Assembly (NCBI GenBank): GCA_964650255.1
Contig: CAZYQT010000003.1
Coordinates: 14,619 to 78,618 of the forward strand
DNA: 64,000 nt
Direction of reading: 5' to 3'
From: an uncultured Candidatus Saccharibacteria bacterium
Lineage (GTDB): Bacteria > Patescibacteriota > Doudnabacteria > UBA920
Position numbers and translations under genes: made by a program. Every line of letters begins with the position of its first letter. The first letter of the stretch is position 1. Positions 27,510 through 36,503 of the stretch are shown here, piece after piece. Under the pieces are notes generated by a model. It was not told the origin of the DNA, ran no database searches, and saw only the letters and a list, made by a program, of their open reading frames with translations.

Positions 27510-28853
27510 TCAGGTCTTGATAGGTAATTGTACAAAAAATGTGGTTCCTTGGCCAACCTCAGATTTTAGCCAAAGTTTTCCACGATGCATTTCAATAATC
27601 TTTTTGGCAAAGTATAAGCCAAGCCCAGTACCGCTTACCCCAGATTTAACTGCATTATCGGAGCGGTAATAGCCTTCAAATATTTTTTCTTGATCGGATT
27701 TTGGAATACCAATACCTTGATCCGTGAAATGCATTACTAAATTATCAGCAGTTTGTTCCAAGCCAATGTTGATATTGGAATTTTCCGGTGAATATTTAAT
27801 TGAGTTAGACAGAATATTGCTGATTACACGCCTGACCTTTTCTTTGTCAATTTGAAGGATATAATTTTTTGAGTGAACTGAACTGAAATCTATGTTCACG
27901 TTTTTTTGTTTGGCATTGAACTCTTGTTGCTCAATCACATCTTTTAGTAACTCATTAATATTGACCGGCTCCATAAGTAGCTTGGTCGCTCTTCCGGTTA
28001 CTGCCGAGGCATCTAAGATATCGTTAATGTTACCCATTAAATTATTAGTAGCGCTGGCAATTCCTGAAATGGCATCGGTTTGTTCTGGTAATAGGTTGCT
28101 TGCCTTGCGCAAATTTTGCAAAGCCCAAGTAATACCGTTCAATGGCGAGCGTAGCTCATGTGATGCAATCGAAACAAACTCAGATTTTTGCTCTAGCATT
28201 TGCTGCTGGTGTTTAATCATTCTTTGGCCAATGAACACTAAAGCTAAAAGCAAAAGGGTTACCAATGCAGGAACGGCTGTTGTGGCTATTAAACGGCCTT
28301 CATAGCCAGCCGCAGCAACATCAATTCCAGCAACTGCAATTAACTGGCCGGACTCATCTACTATAGGTGACAGAGCAGTGTACCAATTTCCCCAGCGATC
28401 TTTGCTCGGACCGTATACCAGAGGCTTTTTGGAATTAAAAACAGAAACAAAGTTTTCGTCGGCCTCATCGTAAGTTTGGCCAGGAGGGGAGTAATCTTCA
28501 GAATTTGGATCTTCGGAATCTGCGATGAAGTAAATCTCGCCACTCTCATTTTTGGCGGTTAAATAAACAAAGCGCACGTCCTTTTGAACAGAGCGAATTT
28601 TTATCAGTTTCTCTTTGAGTTTGATGTAGCTCGGATTATCTAAGTCTGCTTCTGAACCTTGCAATGCGGAAATTTCATCAAGATCCATTGATGAAGCAAT
28701 GGTTTGCACACCCTCGGAAAGGGAGTCGAGGTTAGATTGGTTTGCAAAGTTGTAGACATAAATAGTCAGCGCTGCACCAGCAACAAAAATTACTAACAAG
28801 AGCAGTCTAAAGAACCACTTATATAGAAATTTATTTGAAGTAAAATTTTCCAT
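27510..28853 (-). CDS. Sensor histidine kinase (no adjacent regulator)
   Basis: Two TM around a Cache-like domain; ASHELRSPL, NSIKYS, DQGIGI, GTGLGL. Confidence 0.92.
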   Translation of the reverse strand: MENFTSNKFLYKWFFRLLLLVIFVAGAALTIYVYNFANQSNLDSLSEGVQTIASSMDLDEISALQGSEADLDNPSYIKLKEKLIKIRSVQKDVRFVYLTAKNESGEIYFIADSEDPNSEDYSPPGQTYDEADENFVSVFNSKKPLVYGPSKDRWGNWYTALSPIVDESGQLIAVAGIDVAAAGYEGRLIATTAVPALVTLLLLALVFIGQRMIKHQQQMLEQKSEFVSIASHELRSPLNGITWALQNLRKASNLLPEQTDAISGIASATNNLMGNINDILDASAVTGRATKLLMEPVNINELLKDVIEQQEFNAKQKNVNIDFSSVHSKNYILQIDKEKVRRVISNILSNSIKYSPENSNINIGLEQTADNLVMHFTDQGIGIPKSDQEKIFEGYYRSDNAVKSGVSGTGLGLYFAKKIIEMHRGKLWLKSEVGQGTTFFVQLPIKT

Positions 28854-28882
28854 TTTTGATTTTGATTTTCGTTTGGGTTTTT

Positions 28883-28960
28883 TGGTGGCTCCGGCAGGGA
28901 TCGAACCTGCGACCTTGGCCTTAGAAGTGCCCTGCTCTGATCCAACTGAGCTACGGAGCC
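28883..28960 (-). tRNA. tRNA-Arg(TCT)
   Basis: GGCTCCG/CGGAGCC-ACCA; loop CTTCTAA; GTTCGATCC. Confidence 0.9.
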
Positions 28961-28989
28961 TCGTGCACGCTGTGCGTGAGACTATTAGT

Positions 28990-29022
28990 ATTATAACAAA
29001 AAACGCCTTGCGGCGGTTTTTC
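28990..29022 (-). terminator. Terminator overlapping an extended -10 (TGTTATAAT) between the Arg tRNAs
   Basis: Minus strand AAAAACCGCCGCAAGGCGTTTTTTGTTATAAT. Confidence 0.65.
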
Positions 29023-29027
29023 TTTTC

Positions 29028-29104
29028 TGGTGCACCCGACAGGATTCGAACCTATGACCTCTCGCTCCGCAAGCGAACGCTCTATCCAGCTGAGCTACGG
29101 GTGC
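29028..29104 (-). tRNA. tRNA-Arg(GCG)
   Basis: GCACCCG/CGGGTGC-ACCA; TTCGC-TTGCGGA-GCGAG; GTTCGAATCC. Confidence 0.95.
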
Positions 29105-29146
29105 ATGAAACTTAAATACCAGAAAATTATAACTAATTTTGGCTTT

Positions 29147-30118
29147 TTAATCAAGCTGAGCAGTTTGGATTACAGTCTCTACTTCGGTAGCATTTTTGCA
29201 GTTATACAGCTGTTCGCGTAGGTCGGCAGCGCCATCAAAACCACTAACATAGGCTTTAAAGTGGCGCTTCATAATATCCCACGGCTTTATCCCAGTAAAC
29301 ATTTCTTCGTAAAGTTTGCAGTGCTCTATTAATACTTTCATGCGCACATCAAGAGGTGGACGAGTATCCAGATTTTTTGCGAACAACCAGGGATTACCAA
29401 AAATAGCTCGGCCGAGCATCATACCATCTGCACCAGTGTCTTGAATTTTTTGTTTTGCTTCCACTAAATCTTTGATATCGCCATTGCCCATAATTAGCGG
29501 GCGAGTTGCTTCGGTGGTTTGTTTGTGAATAAATTTTACGATGTTTGGCATTTCCTCCCAGTGGGCAGGCACTTTAGACATTTCTTTGCGGGTGCGTAGG
29601 TGAATGGCAATTGCTGCTGGTTGCCCCTCGAGTAAAGTTGCAATCCAGTTTTCCCAATCAACTTTAGTATCACCAATCCGAATTTTGATAGATACCGGAA
29701 TTTCTGGCGCGCCTTCTTTGCACGCCAAAATTAATTCCTTGGCTAATTGGGGGGTATGGAATAATCCTGCACAAGAACCACCGCGCACTGCGTTTTTTTC
29801 TGGGCAACCCATGTTAATATCAATACCGTCAAAACCAAGCTTGGCAACTAGCTTGGCAGTTTCAACATATTTATCAGTTTTCGCGCCAAATACTTGCGCC
29901 ACAATTGGGTGTTCAGTTTTTGAATATTTAAAATGATGAATTACTTTCTCGCGGCCAACATCATGCAGCAACGCTTCCGTCGATGTGAACTCAGTGTAAA
30001 AGACATCTGGTTTGCCCTCGCGAGCAATGATGCTACGAAAAGCCGCATCAGTGACATCCATCATTGGTGCGAGTGCAAAGAAAGGTTTGGGTAATTTTTT
30101 CCAAAAGCCGTAATTCAT
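29147..30118 (-). CDS. dus: tRNA-dihydrouridine synthase
   Basis: LAPM, IDINMGCP, SIKIRIG, GNGDI, GRAIFGNPW. Confidence 0.92.
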   Translation of the reverse strand: MNYGFWKKLPKPFFALAPMMDVTDAAFRSIIAREGKPDVFYTEFTSTEALLHDVGREKVIHHFKYSKTEHPIVAQVFGAKTDKYVETAKLVAKLGFDGIDINMGCPEKNAVRGGSCAGLFHTPQLAKELILACKEGAPEIPVSIKIRIGDTKVDWENWIATLLEGQPAAIAIHLRTRKEMSKVPAHWEEMPNIVKFIHKQTTEATRPLIMGNGDIKDLVEAKQKIQDTGADGMMLGRAIFGNPWLFAKNLDTRPPLDVRMKVLIEHCKLYEEMFTGIKPWDIMKRHFKAYVSGFDGAADLREQLYNCKNATEVETVIQTAQLD

Positions 30119-30204
30119 GACCGTAATTGTAGCTGAAATTAGGCATAAAAAAAAGAGGCTAAACTGCAGCCTTCTTTTCCTAATCCATTGGGTGACGGGT
30201 ATAA

Positions 30205-30297
30205 TTACATTAATTTACCCAGGTGATCTCCGACTGTGGTGTAAACGGAGAATGCGATCAAGGCGATCGCAATTAAAACGTATATGACTTTTTTCAC
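30205..30297 (-). CDS. 30-aa single-TM peptide missing from the ORF track
   Basis: GTG start with GAGAGGA SD; MKKVIYVLIAIALIAFSVYTTVGDHLGKLM; promoter TTGACC-16-TATAAT (30366-30339); terminator at about 30147-30178. Confidence 0.65.
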   Translation of the reverse strand: MKKVIYVLIAIALIAFSVYTTVGDHLGKLM

Positions 30298-30430
30298 AGT
30301 TTTGTCCTCTCTCAAATTGATGTGCTTGGGATTTACCTATTATACTCCGGCCAAACAGCCGGTCAAGTGGATATCTTGTTCTGAGATTGCGGTAATTTGC
30401 CAGCCGTGACAATTCCTATAAAATATAGAA

Positions 30431-31465
30431 ATGGATATACAAAAAGCAAATCCAGAGTCACTACCATCAGCGGACCAAGTACTTTTGGATAAAATTAGCT
30501 CAGAGTTGGGTGGCAATGTTCTATCAACCCATGAACTAAGTGCAGGCATGAACAATCGACTTTTCGAAATAGAAACTGATGACGGCAAATACTTGCTTAA
30601 AAAGTACCAAAGGGATGAACGAGAACGCCTTGAAAGAGAGTATCGGGCGCTTTCATTTTTGAGAGACCATGGTTTTGATAATGTGCCCAGGCCTGTTTTA
30701 AGAGGCGACGATGACTACGTAGCGGTATATTCCTATGAAGCTGGAAATTCAAAACTTGCTTCCGAAGCTACCTTGGATGACATTGATAATGTATTAGACT
30801 TTGTGATTGAACTACAGTCATTCAAGAGCGGAAATATAGAGACAGAGTTTCCTCCTGCTGTTATGGGGTGTTTTTCGCTCAAGGACTACATTAGAAATAT
30901 AGATTTTAGATTTGGGAAATTTCTTGAATGTATTAATGATCCAAACGTGCATCCTTTGATAAAAGATTTGGCAGAGTCGACAAAAGTAGTTGAATACATG
31001 ACTGAGCATAGGAACCAATTATTAGAGCGCGTTGAAAGCCTGCACGATCAAAACGTTTCTGATACTGAAAAAAGACTAAGTCCGGTAGATTTTGGCTTCC
31101 ATAATATTATCGTTAAAGAAGATGGGGGGTTCTGCTTTGTTGATTTTGAATACTTTGGTTGGGATGATCCGCAGGCTATAATAGCGGATTTTGTTAATCA
31201 TGATGCTCAGCAAAAACTACCAAGTTCCCATAAAGAACATTTCATTACAGAATACATTAGGAGGGCTAACCTATCTAAAGATCAAGCTGGTAGGTTGAAT
31301 TTAGTTCTTGATCTAAAGAATTTGGAGTGGTTGTCGATTTATTTGTATGGAATGACTCCCGACCGATTAGCTAGCCGAGCTCATGCAGATGTAGACTTTG
31401 ATTTAGAAAAAGCTCTTCAAGCACCAATCGACAAGGTTAGATCCAGATACTTTAATCAAAGTTAA
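30431..31465 (+). CDS. Aminoglycoside phosphotransferase/choline kinase-fold protein
   Basis: G.NNRLF, YLLKKY, LSPVDFGFHNII, FVDFEYFGWDDP. Confidence 0.85.
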   Translation: MDIQKANPESLPSADQVLLDKISSELGGNVLSTHELSAGMNNRLFEIETDDGKYLLKKYQRDERERLEREYRALSFLRDHGFDNVPRPVLRGDDDYVAVYSYEAGNSKLASEATLDDIDNVLDFVIELQSFKSGNIETEFPPAVMGCFSLKDYIRNIDFRFGKFLECINDPNVHPLIKDLAESTKVVEYMTEHRNQLLERVESLHDQNVSDTEKRLSPVDFGFHNIIVKEDGGFCFVDFEYFGWDDPQAIIADFVNHDAQQKLPSSHKEHFITEYIRRANLSKDQAGRLNLVLDLKNLEWLSIYLYGMTPDRLASRAHADVDFDLEKALQAPIDKVRSRYFNQS

Positions 31466-31475
31466 CGCCTCATCC

Positions 31476-32450
31476 CTATTTTTTGTTATGAAACTTCTTG
31501 TGGACTTCGCGCAGTTGCGAGTTGGTTACGTGAGTGTAGATTTGGGTAGTAGTAATAGAGGCGTGGCCAAGCAGGGTTTGTACGCTACGAATGTCAGCGC
31601 CGTTTTGAAGTAAGTCTGTAGCAAAAGAGTGTCGGAATGTGTGCGGCGTAACTTTATGCATAATTCCAGCAAGGGCCGCGTATTTTTTTACTAGGCGCTG
31701 CACACTGCGTGCTGTTAACCCCGCTGCGTGATGTTGATCACTTTTTTTGCCCATTGAGTCCATTTGCTTTGTAACTGAGTTGCCAATTTGGCTGTGACTT
31801 ACAAATAGGGCTGGATTGTTGTCCGTGCGCTTCTTAAGATAGGCGCGCAGCATTTTTACTGCTTCATCAGACATAAACACTAGGCGGAGTTTATCACCTT
31901 TGCCGCGTACAGTGAATTCGCCACGTTCAAAGTTTAATTGTTTTTGTTGGAGCTGTACTAGCTCAGAAATACGCACTCCGCTGGAAAAGAGCAGTTCTAG
32001 TATGGCTGCGTCTCGTAGTCGAGCGATTTCATTATCTTCCGAAGCAACTGCCTTTTTGATGCGCTCAATCTCTTCATTTGTCATAATTTCTACTTCACGC
32101 GCGGGATTCTTGGCTAATTCAATTTTTTCCGCAGATAGGGTATCTACATCGCGCTTAGCCAAATACTTCAAAAAAGCACGCAAAGCAATAACATGGTAGT
32201 TTTGGGTAACTAACTTTAAATTTTTGCCGCGTTCATCAGCAAGGCGATTAAGGAATAGGCGATAGGATCGCACAGTATCTAAAGTAATATCCTCGGGGCG
32301 ATTTAGGCTGTGAGCTTTAGCAAAAGCCGCAAAGCGGGCGAGATAGTGCTCATAGTTGCGAATAGTTAGTAAACTCTTGTTTTTCTCGATTTCGCAGTAT
32401 TCGAGGAACTCTCGTACATACTTTTCAATTTTCGTTTTGGTTTCAGACAT
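31476..32450 (-). CDS. XerC/XerD-type tyrosine recombinase
   Basis: SAM-like N-domain; SGVRISEL, GKGDK.R, HTFRHSFAT, LLGHASITTTQIYTHV. Confidence 0.92.
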   Translation of the reverse strand: MSETKTKIEKYVREFLEYCEIEKNKSLLTIRNYEHYLARFAAFAKAHSLNRPEDITLDTVRSYRLFLNRLADERGKNLKLVTQNYHVIALRAFLKYLAKRDVDTLSAEKIELAKNPAREVEIMTNEEIERIKKAVASEDNEIARLRDAAILELLFSSGVRISELVQLQQKQLNFERGEFTVRGKGDKLRLVFMSDEAVKMLRAYLKKRTDNNPALFVSHSQIGNSVTKQMDSMGKKSDQHHAAGLTARSVQRLVKKYAALAGIMHKVTPHTFRHSFATDLLQNGADIRSVQTLLGHASITTTQIYTHVTNSQLREVHKKFHNKK

Positions 32451-32532
32451 TTTGTTGATATATAAGGCTATTGCAGTATACTCTCAAATTTACCGCGCCG
32501 CAAATTATTCGATTGTGCGACAAGGAGGTAAT

Positions 32533-32561
32533 TTGCCTATTTCCAGGCCATTTGATATAAT
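32533..32561 (+). promoter_or_regulatory. rpsO promoter
   Basis: TTGCCT-17 bp-TATAAT with extended TG. Confidence 0.7.
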
Positions 32562-32650
32562 ACCCTCATAAATTAACCACGCAGCGGAAAATATACTGCC
32601 GTTGTCGTGCATCGCTGCACGCAAGTAGTAGCGAGAAGAAAGGAAAGTAT

Positions 32651-32926
32651 ATGCTGAGTAAAAAAGACAAAGACGCGATCATCAAGAAGTATCAAACCCA
32701 CAAGGATGATACTGGTTCTCCAGAAGTACAAATTGCTGTGCTAACTAAGGAAATCGAACAAGTTAGCGAGCACTTGCAGATTCACAAAAAAGATAACCAC
32801 TCTCGCCGCGGTCTTCTGAAAATGGTAGGCAATCGCCGCCGCCTCCTTCGTTATTTAAAGAGCGAAGATGCAAAGCGTTACGACAAAATTGTTGATAAAT
32901 TGAAGTTAAAGAAAGATTCAAATTAA
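32651..32926 (+). CDS. rpsO: 30S ribosomal protein S15
   Basis: [36 protein letters not shown]. Confidence 0.98.
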   Translation: MLSKKDKDAIIKKYQTHKDDTGSPEVQIAVLTKEIEQVSEHLQIHKKDNHSRRGLLKMVGNRRRLLRYLKSEDAKRYDKIVDKLKLKKDSN

Positions 32927-32971
32927 TTTTTCCCAAGCCCTGGCCTTTCTGGCAGGGCTTGATATTGTTTT

Positions 32972-33397
32972 ATGGCAGAAAATACTATTGTCGAACCAAC
33001 CTCCCAGTCTAATTCACAAGCCGCTTGGGATGTAGATGACTTCCAAAAAGAATGGATTCGTGTAAACGAGCAGGTTATTGCTCATCTCATGGCTAATCCT
33101 GATATCGAAAAGATTAAGCAGAAAGTGCGGTCTCAGGGCCATGTAAAGTTTGATGACCGTGACGAGTTCATTAATTTGGTTAATCAGATTAAGTATGATG
33201 TGATTTACAAAAAGTATGGCCCGGAAGGTAGTGAGGGTTACGAAGCCTTTCAAAAAGCTTGGCGACACTGGCACAGCCTAAAAGGCACGAGCATTCCGAA
33301 GCCAGAAAATATGTTTGAAGACAATATCTATCATTTACTGTTCGGCAGCACTCCTAATCCTGATGCGTTCCTAAAAGATTTTGATGTTAATAACTAG
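32972..33397 (+). CDS. Hypothetical protein
   Basis: 141-aa ORF between rpsO and pnp; no motif recognised. Confidence 0.7.
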   Translation: MAENTIVEPTSQSNSQAAWDVDDFQKEWIRVNEQVIAHLMANPDIEKIKQKVRSQGHVKFDDRDEFINLVNQIKYDVIYKKYGPEGSEGYEAFQKAWRHWHSLKGTSIPKPENMFEDNIYHLLFGSTPNPDAFLKDFDVNN

Positions 33398-33425
33398 TTG
33401 TAATTAATTAATAATTAAGCAAAAC

Positions 33426-33577
33426 ACAGACACAAGTTCCAAGAGTGAAGTGTTGGAGGGAAGAATAATTGCAAAGCGGGCAGTAAGCTAGCGCCGCCGC
33501 GAAGCGGCAAAGCGCTGCCTGCGTGCAAGTATTCTTTCCCTTCATCCAACCCTTCACTTTTGGCCGCTTGCATCTGT
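33426..33577 (+). promoter_or_regulatory. Long imperfect hairpin in the pnp leader
   Basis: CCAAGAGTGAAG/CTTCACTTTTGG, GTTGGA/TCCAAC, AAGAATA/TATTCTT, TTGCA/TGCAA, GCGGGCAG/CTGCCTGC. Confidence 0.75.
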
Positions 33578-33597
33578 TGCTTGCGAAAGGTATCTAA

Positions 33598-35904
33598 ATG
33601 GATACAAAGAAAATTACCGCAAACATTGCGGGAGCTGACTGGCAGTTTGAAACTGGCAAGTTAGCAAAACAAGCCAGCGGAGCTGTTTTGGCTCGCGTTG
33701 GTGACACAGTTGTGTTGGCAGTCGCAGTATTAGGTAAAAATCCACGCGAAGGTATGGACTTCTTTCCTTTGCTAGTTGATTACGAGGAAAAGTTATACGC
33801 TGCTGGAAAAATTAAAGGTAGCCGTTGGGTAAAGCGCGAAGGTCGTCCGACTGATGAAGCGATTCTAACCGGCCGCGTGATTGACCGTTCCCTTCGTCCA
33901 CTATTCCCAGAGGGAATGCGTAACGATGTGCAAGTTGTTACCACAGTGCTATCTATTGATGGTGAAAACGAACCAGACATGATTGCTGTGAACGCAGCGA
34001 GCATGGCTCTTCATATTTCTGAAATTCCTTTTGATGGCCCCGTGGCAGCAGTGCGCATTGGTAAAATCGATGGCCAGTTTGTGGCTAACCCAAACAAAGA
34101 ACAGCGTGAGCAATCTCAAATGGATCTAATTGTTTGTGGGACTGCTGAACACATCATAATGGTTGAAGCTGGAGCAAACCTTGTTCCTGAAGAAGATATT
34201 GTGGAAGGAATCAAAGTTGCCCAAACACATTTAAAGGTTTTGGCTGAAGCTCAAGAATCTTTCCGTGAAGAAGTTGGAGTAGAAAAAGCCACTAATATTG
34301 TAATTAAGGAAGTTAATGCAGCTGTAATGGAGAAAGTAAAAGCATTGCTTACTGATGATAAAATCGAAGCCGCTTTGTATGTTAAAGAAAAATCCGTGCG
34401 CGATGTGAATGTGGCGGTTATGGAATCAGAAATTTCTGAAGCCGTTAAGTCGGAACTTGAAGCATCTCCTGAGATGGAGGACGTAAATATTTCTAAAGAA
34501 GTTCATAATGCAGTAGACAAAATCTTAAAGAAGTATCAGCAAAAGCAGATTCTTGAACACAGCCGTCGCGTTGATGGTCGTGCTATGGATGAAACTCGTC
34601 AAATTACAGCAGAAGTTGGCGTATTGCCCCGTACTCATGGTTCAGCCTTGTTTACCCGTGGTGAAACCCAAGTGCTTACAGTTACTACTTTAGGAAGCAA
34701 AGGCGACGAGCAGTTATTGGATGGCATGGAAGACCCGACTGAAGGACGGGCGAAGCGTTACATCCACCACTATAACTTCCCAGGATATTCCGTTGGCGAA
34801 GTTTCTCCAAACCGCGGTGCTGGTCGTCGTGAAGTTGGTCATGGTGCATTAGCTGAACGTGCAGTTGAGATTGCGCTTCCAGCTCAAGAAGAATTCCCTT
34901 ACACAATGCGTTTGGTTTCTGAAACATTGTCTTCTAACGGCTCAACATCAATGGCTTCCACTTGTGGTTCAACTTTAAGTTTGATGGACGCTGGTGTGCC
35001 GATTAAAGATATTATCGGTGGAGTTGCTATGGGATTAGTTATGGATGAATCGAATCCAAGCAACTTTAAAGTATTAACAGATATTGCAGGTATCGAAGAC
35101 TTTAATGGTCACATGGACTTTAAAGTTACTGGTAGCGAAAAAGGTGTTTCTGCTTTGCAACTCGACATTAAAGTTAAAGGTTTGACCGCAGAAATTGTAG
35201 CCGAAGCTTTGGCTGCTGCGAAGCCAGCGCGTATGCACATCTTAAGTAAAATGAAAGAAGCGCTTGATGCGCCTCGCCCAGAACTTTCTCCATACGCACC
35301 ACGTATTACTAGCTTCAAGATTGACCCTGAAAAAATTCGCGAAGTTATTGGTAGTGGTGGTAAGACCATCAATGGAATTATTGCGGAATGCCCTGGCGTG
35401 AAAATTGACATTGAAGATGATGGTTTGGTAATGGTGACATCAACTGATGCAGCCGCTGCAACCAAAGCTGTAGAAATGATCCAAAACATTGTTAAAGAAG
35501 TTGAGCCAGGCGAAATTTACGAAGGTAAAGTTGTGAAGATTATGGACTTTGGTGCGTTCGTGGAAATCCTTCCAGGCAAAGATGGTATGGTGCATGTGTC
35601 ACAGCTTGCTAATTATAGAGTGAACCATCCAGAAGATGTGGTTAAGGTAGGCGACACTTTGAAAGTTCAAGTTCAAGAAATTGATGATCAAGGCCGTATT
35701 AATTTAACTCACAAACCTTTCGCACCTGATCCAACTCCAGAGCAGTTGGCTAGCAGTGGTGGCGATCGTGGTGGTCGTCCTAGTGGTCGACCTTCGGGTG
35801 GTCGTGGTGGGTTCGGTGGCCGCGGTGGGGGAGATCGTCATGGTGGTGGTGGTCGAGGTGGATTCCCATCACGCGCTCCACGCCAAGGCGGCGCTAACCG
35901 TTAG
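33598..35904 (+). CDS. pnp: Polyribonucleotide nucleotidyltransferase
   Basis: [44 protein letters not shown]; KH and S1 domains. Confidence 0.98.
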   Translation: MDTKKITANIAGADWQFETGKLAKQASGAVLARVGDTVVLAVAVLGKNPREGMDFFPLLVDYEEKLYAAGKIKGSRWVKREGRPTDEAILTGRVIDRSLRPLFPEGMRNDVQVVTTVLSIDGENEPDMIAVNAASMALHISEIPFDGPVAAVRIGKIDGQFVANPNKEQREQSQMDLIVCGTAEHIIMVEAGANLVPEEDIVEGIKVAQTHLKVLAEAQESFREEVGVEKATNIVIKEVNAAVMEKVKALLTDDKIEAALYVKEKSVRDVNVAVMESEISEAVKSELEASPEMEDVNISKEVHNAVDKILKKYQQKQILEHSRRVDGRAMDETRQITAEVGVLPRTHGSALFTRGETQVLTVTTLGSKGDEQLLDGMEDPTEGRAKRYIHHYNFPGYSVGEVSPNRGAGRREVGHGALAERAVEIALPAQEEFPYTMRLVSETLSSNGSTSMASTCGSTLSLMDAGVPIKDIIGGVAMGLVMDESNPSNFKVLTDIAGIEDFNGHMDFKVTGSEKGVSALQLDIKVKGLTAEIVAEALAAAKPARMHILSKMKEALDAPRPELSPYAPRITSFKIDPEKIREVIGSGGKTINGIIAECPGVKIDIEDDGLVMVTSTDAAAATKAVEMIQNIVKEVEPGEIYEGKVVKIMDFGAFVEILPGKDGMVHVSQLANYRVNHPEDVVKVGDTLKVQVQEIDDQGRINLTHKPFAPDPTPEQLASSGGDRGGRPSGRPSGGRGGFGGRGGGDRHGGGGRGGFPSRAPRQGGANR

Positions 35905-35916
35905 ATAGCGTAAATC

Positions 35917-35947
35917 AAAAACAACTCTTACTTAAGAGTTGTTTTTT
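35917..35947 (+). terminator. pnp terminator
   Basis: AAAAACAACTCTTA-CT-TAAGAGTTGTTTTTT. Confidence 0.85.
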
Positions 35948-36030
35948 GTTAGCTTGACCAATAAGGGATTTTATGGTAAATTTAGGCCTGGTTTTGATAT
36001 CAAAAAAACTATGGAGGACACCTTATATTT

Positions 36031-36399
36031 ATGTTTCGTAACTTGTTAGGCTACAACGTAGCAACTGGAATGGGATTCCCAAAAAATCCCCTCGCTCTTT
36101 GGATTACTCGTCGAGCGGCAGAGTATTGCCGAGAAGGTTATGTTCCCGGACAGGCGGCAGTGTTGACTGCTAGCCCAAAGATTAATTTTCTTGATAAACC
36201 CATTCGGGTGATCAAGGATCGACGAAAGATCCCTCGTACCGACACAACCCAAATTTTGACGGTTAAGATATTCGATGGGAAGCCCACCCTCGTCGATTCT
36301 AATGGTTTGGTATTTACCCGAAATCCTGACCCGACCACTGTGCCCACAGTGATTATCGAAAATCCCCAGACCAGAGTCTCTAACGAGACCGATGCCTAA
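36031..36399 (+). CDS. Hypothetical protein
   Basis: GGAGG and a promoter-like sequence upstream, terminator downstream; no motif recognised. Confidence 0.55.
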   Translation: MFRNLLGYNVATGMGFPKNPLALWITRRAAEYCREGYVPGQAAVLTASPKINFLDKPIRVIKDRRKIPRTDTTQILTVKIFDGKPTLVDSNGLVFTRNPDPTTVPTVIIENPQTRVSNETDA

Positions 36400-36503
36400 C
36401 CCGAAGGCGAAAATTTTTAAACAGCAAGACTTTCCCGAAGTTTTGCTGTTTTTCTTATGTTTACCTATTTATCTTAAGCGTTATCTCAGCTATAATACCA
36501 TTT

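Noticed and set aside
28873-29221. ORFs 28873..29115 and 29030..29221
   Set aside because: Antisense translations of the two tRNA-Arg genes.
31476-32450. Integron integrase or prophage integrase
   Set aside because: Looks like a housekeeping XerC/D next to rpsO, with no IntI-type insertion motif and no phage genes or att repeats nearby. It lies 16 kb from the cassette array, so no link is claimed.
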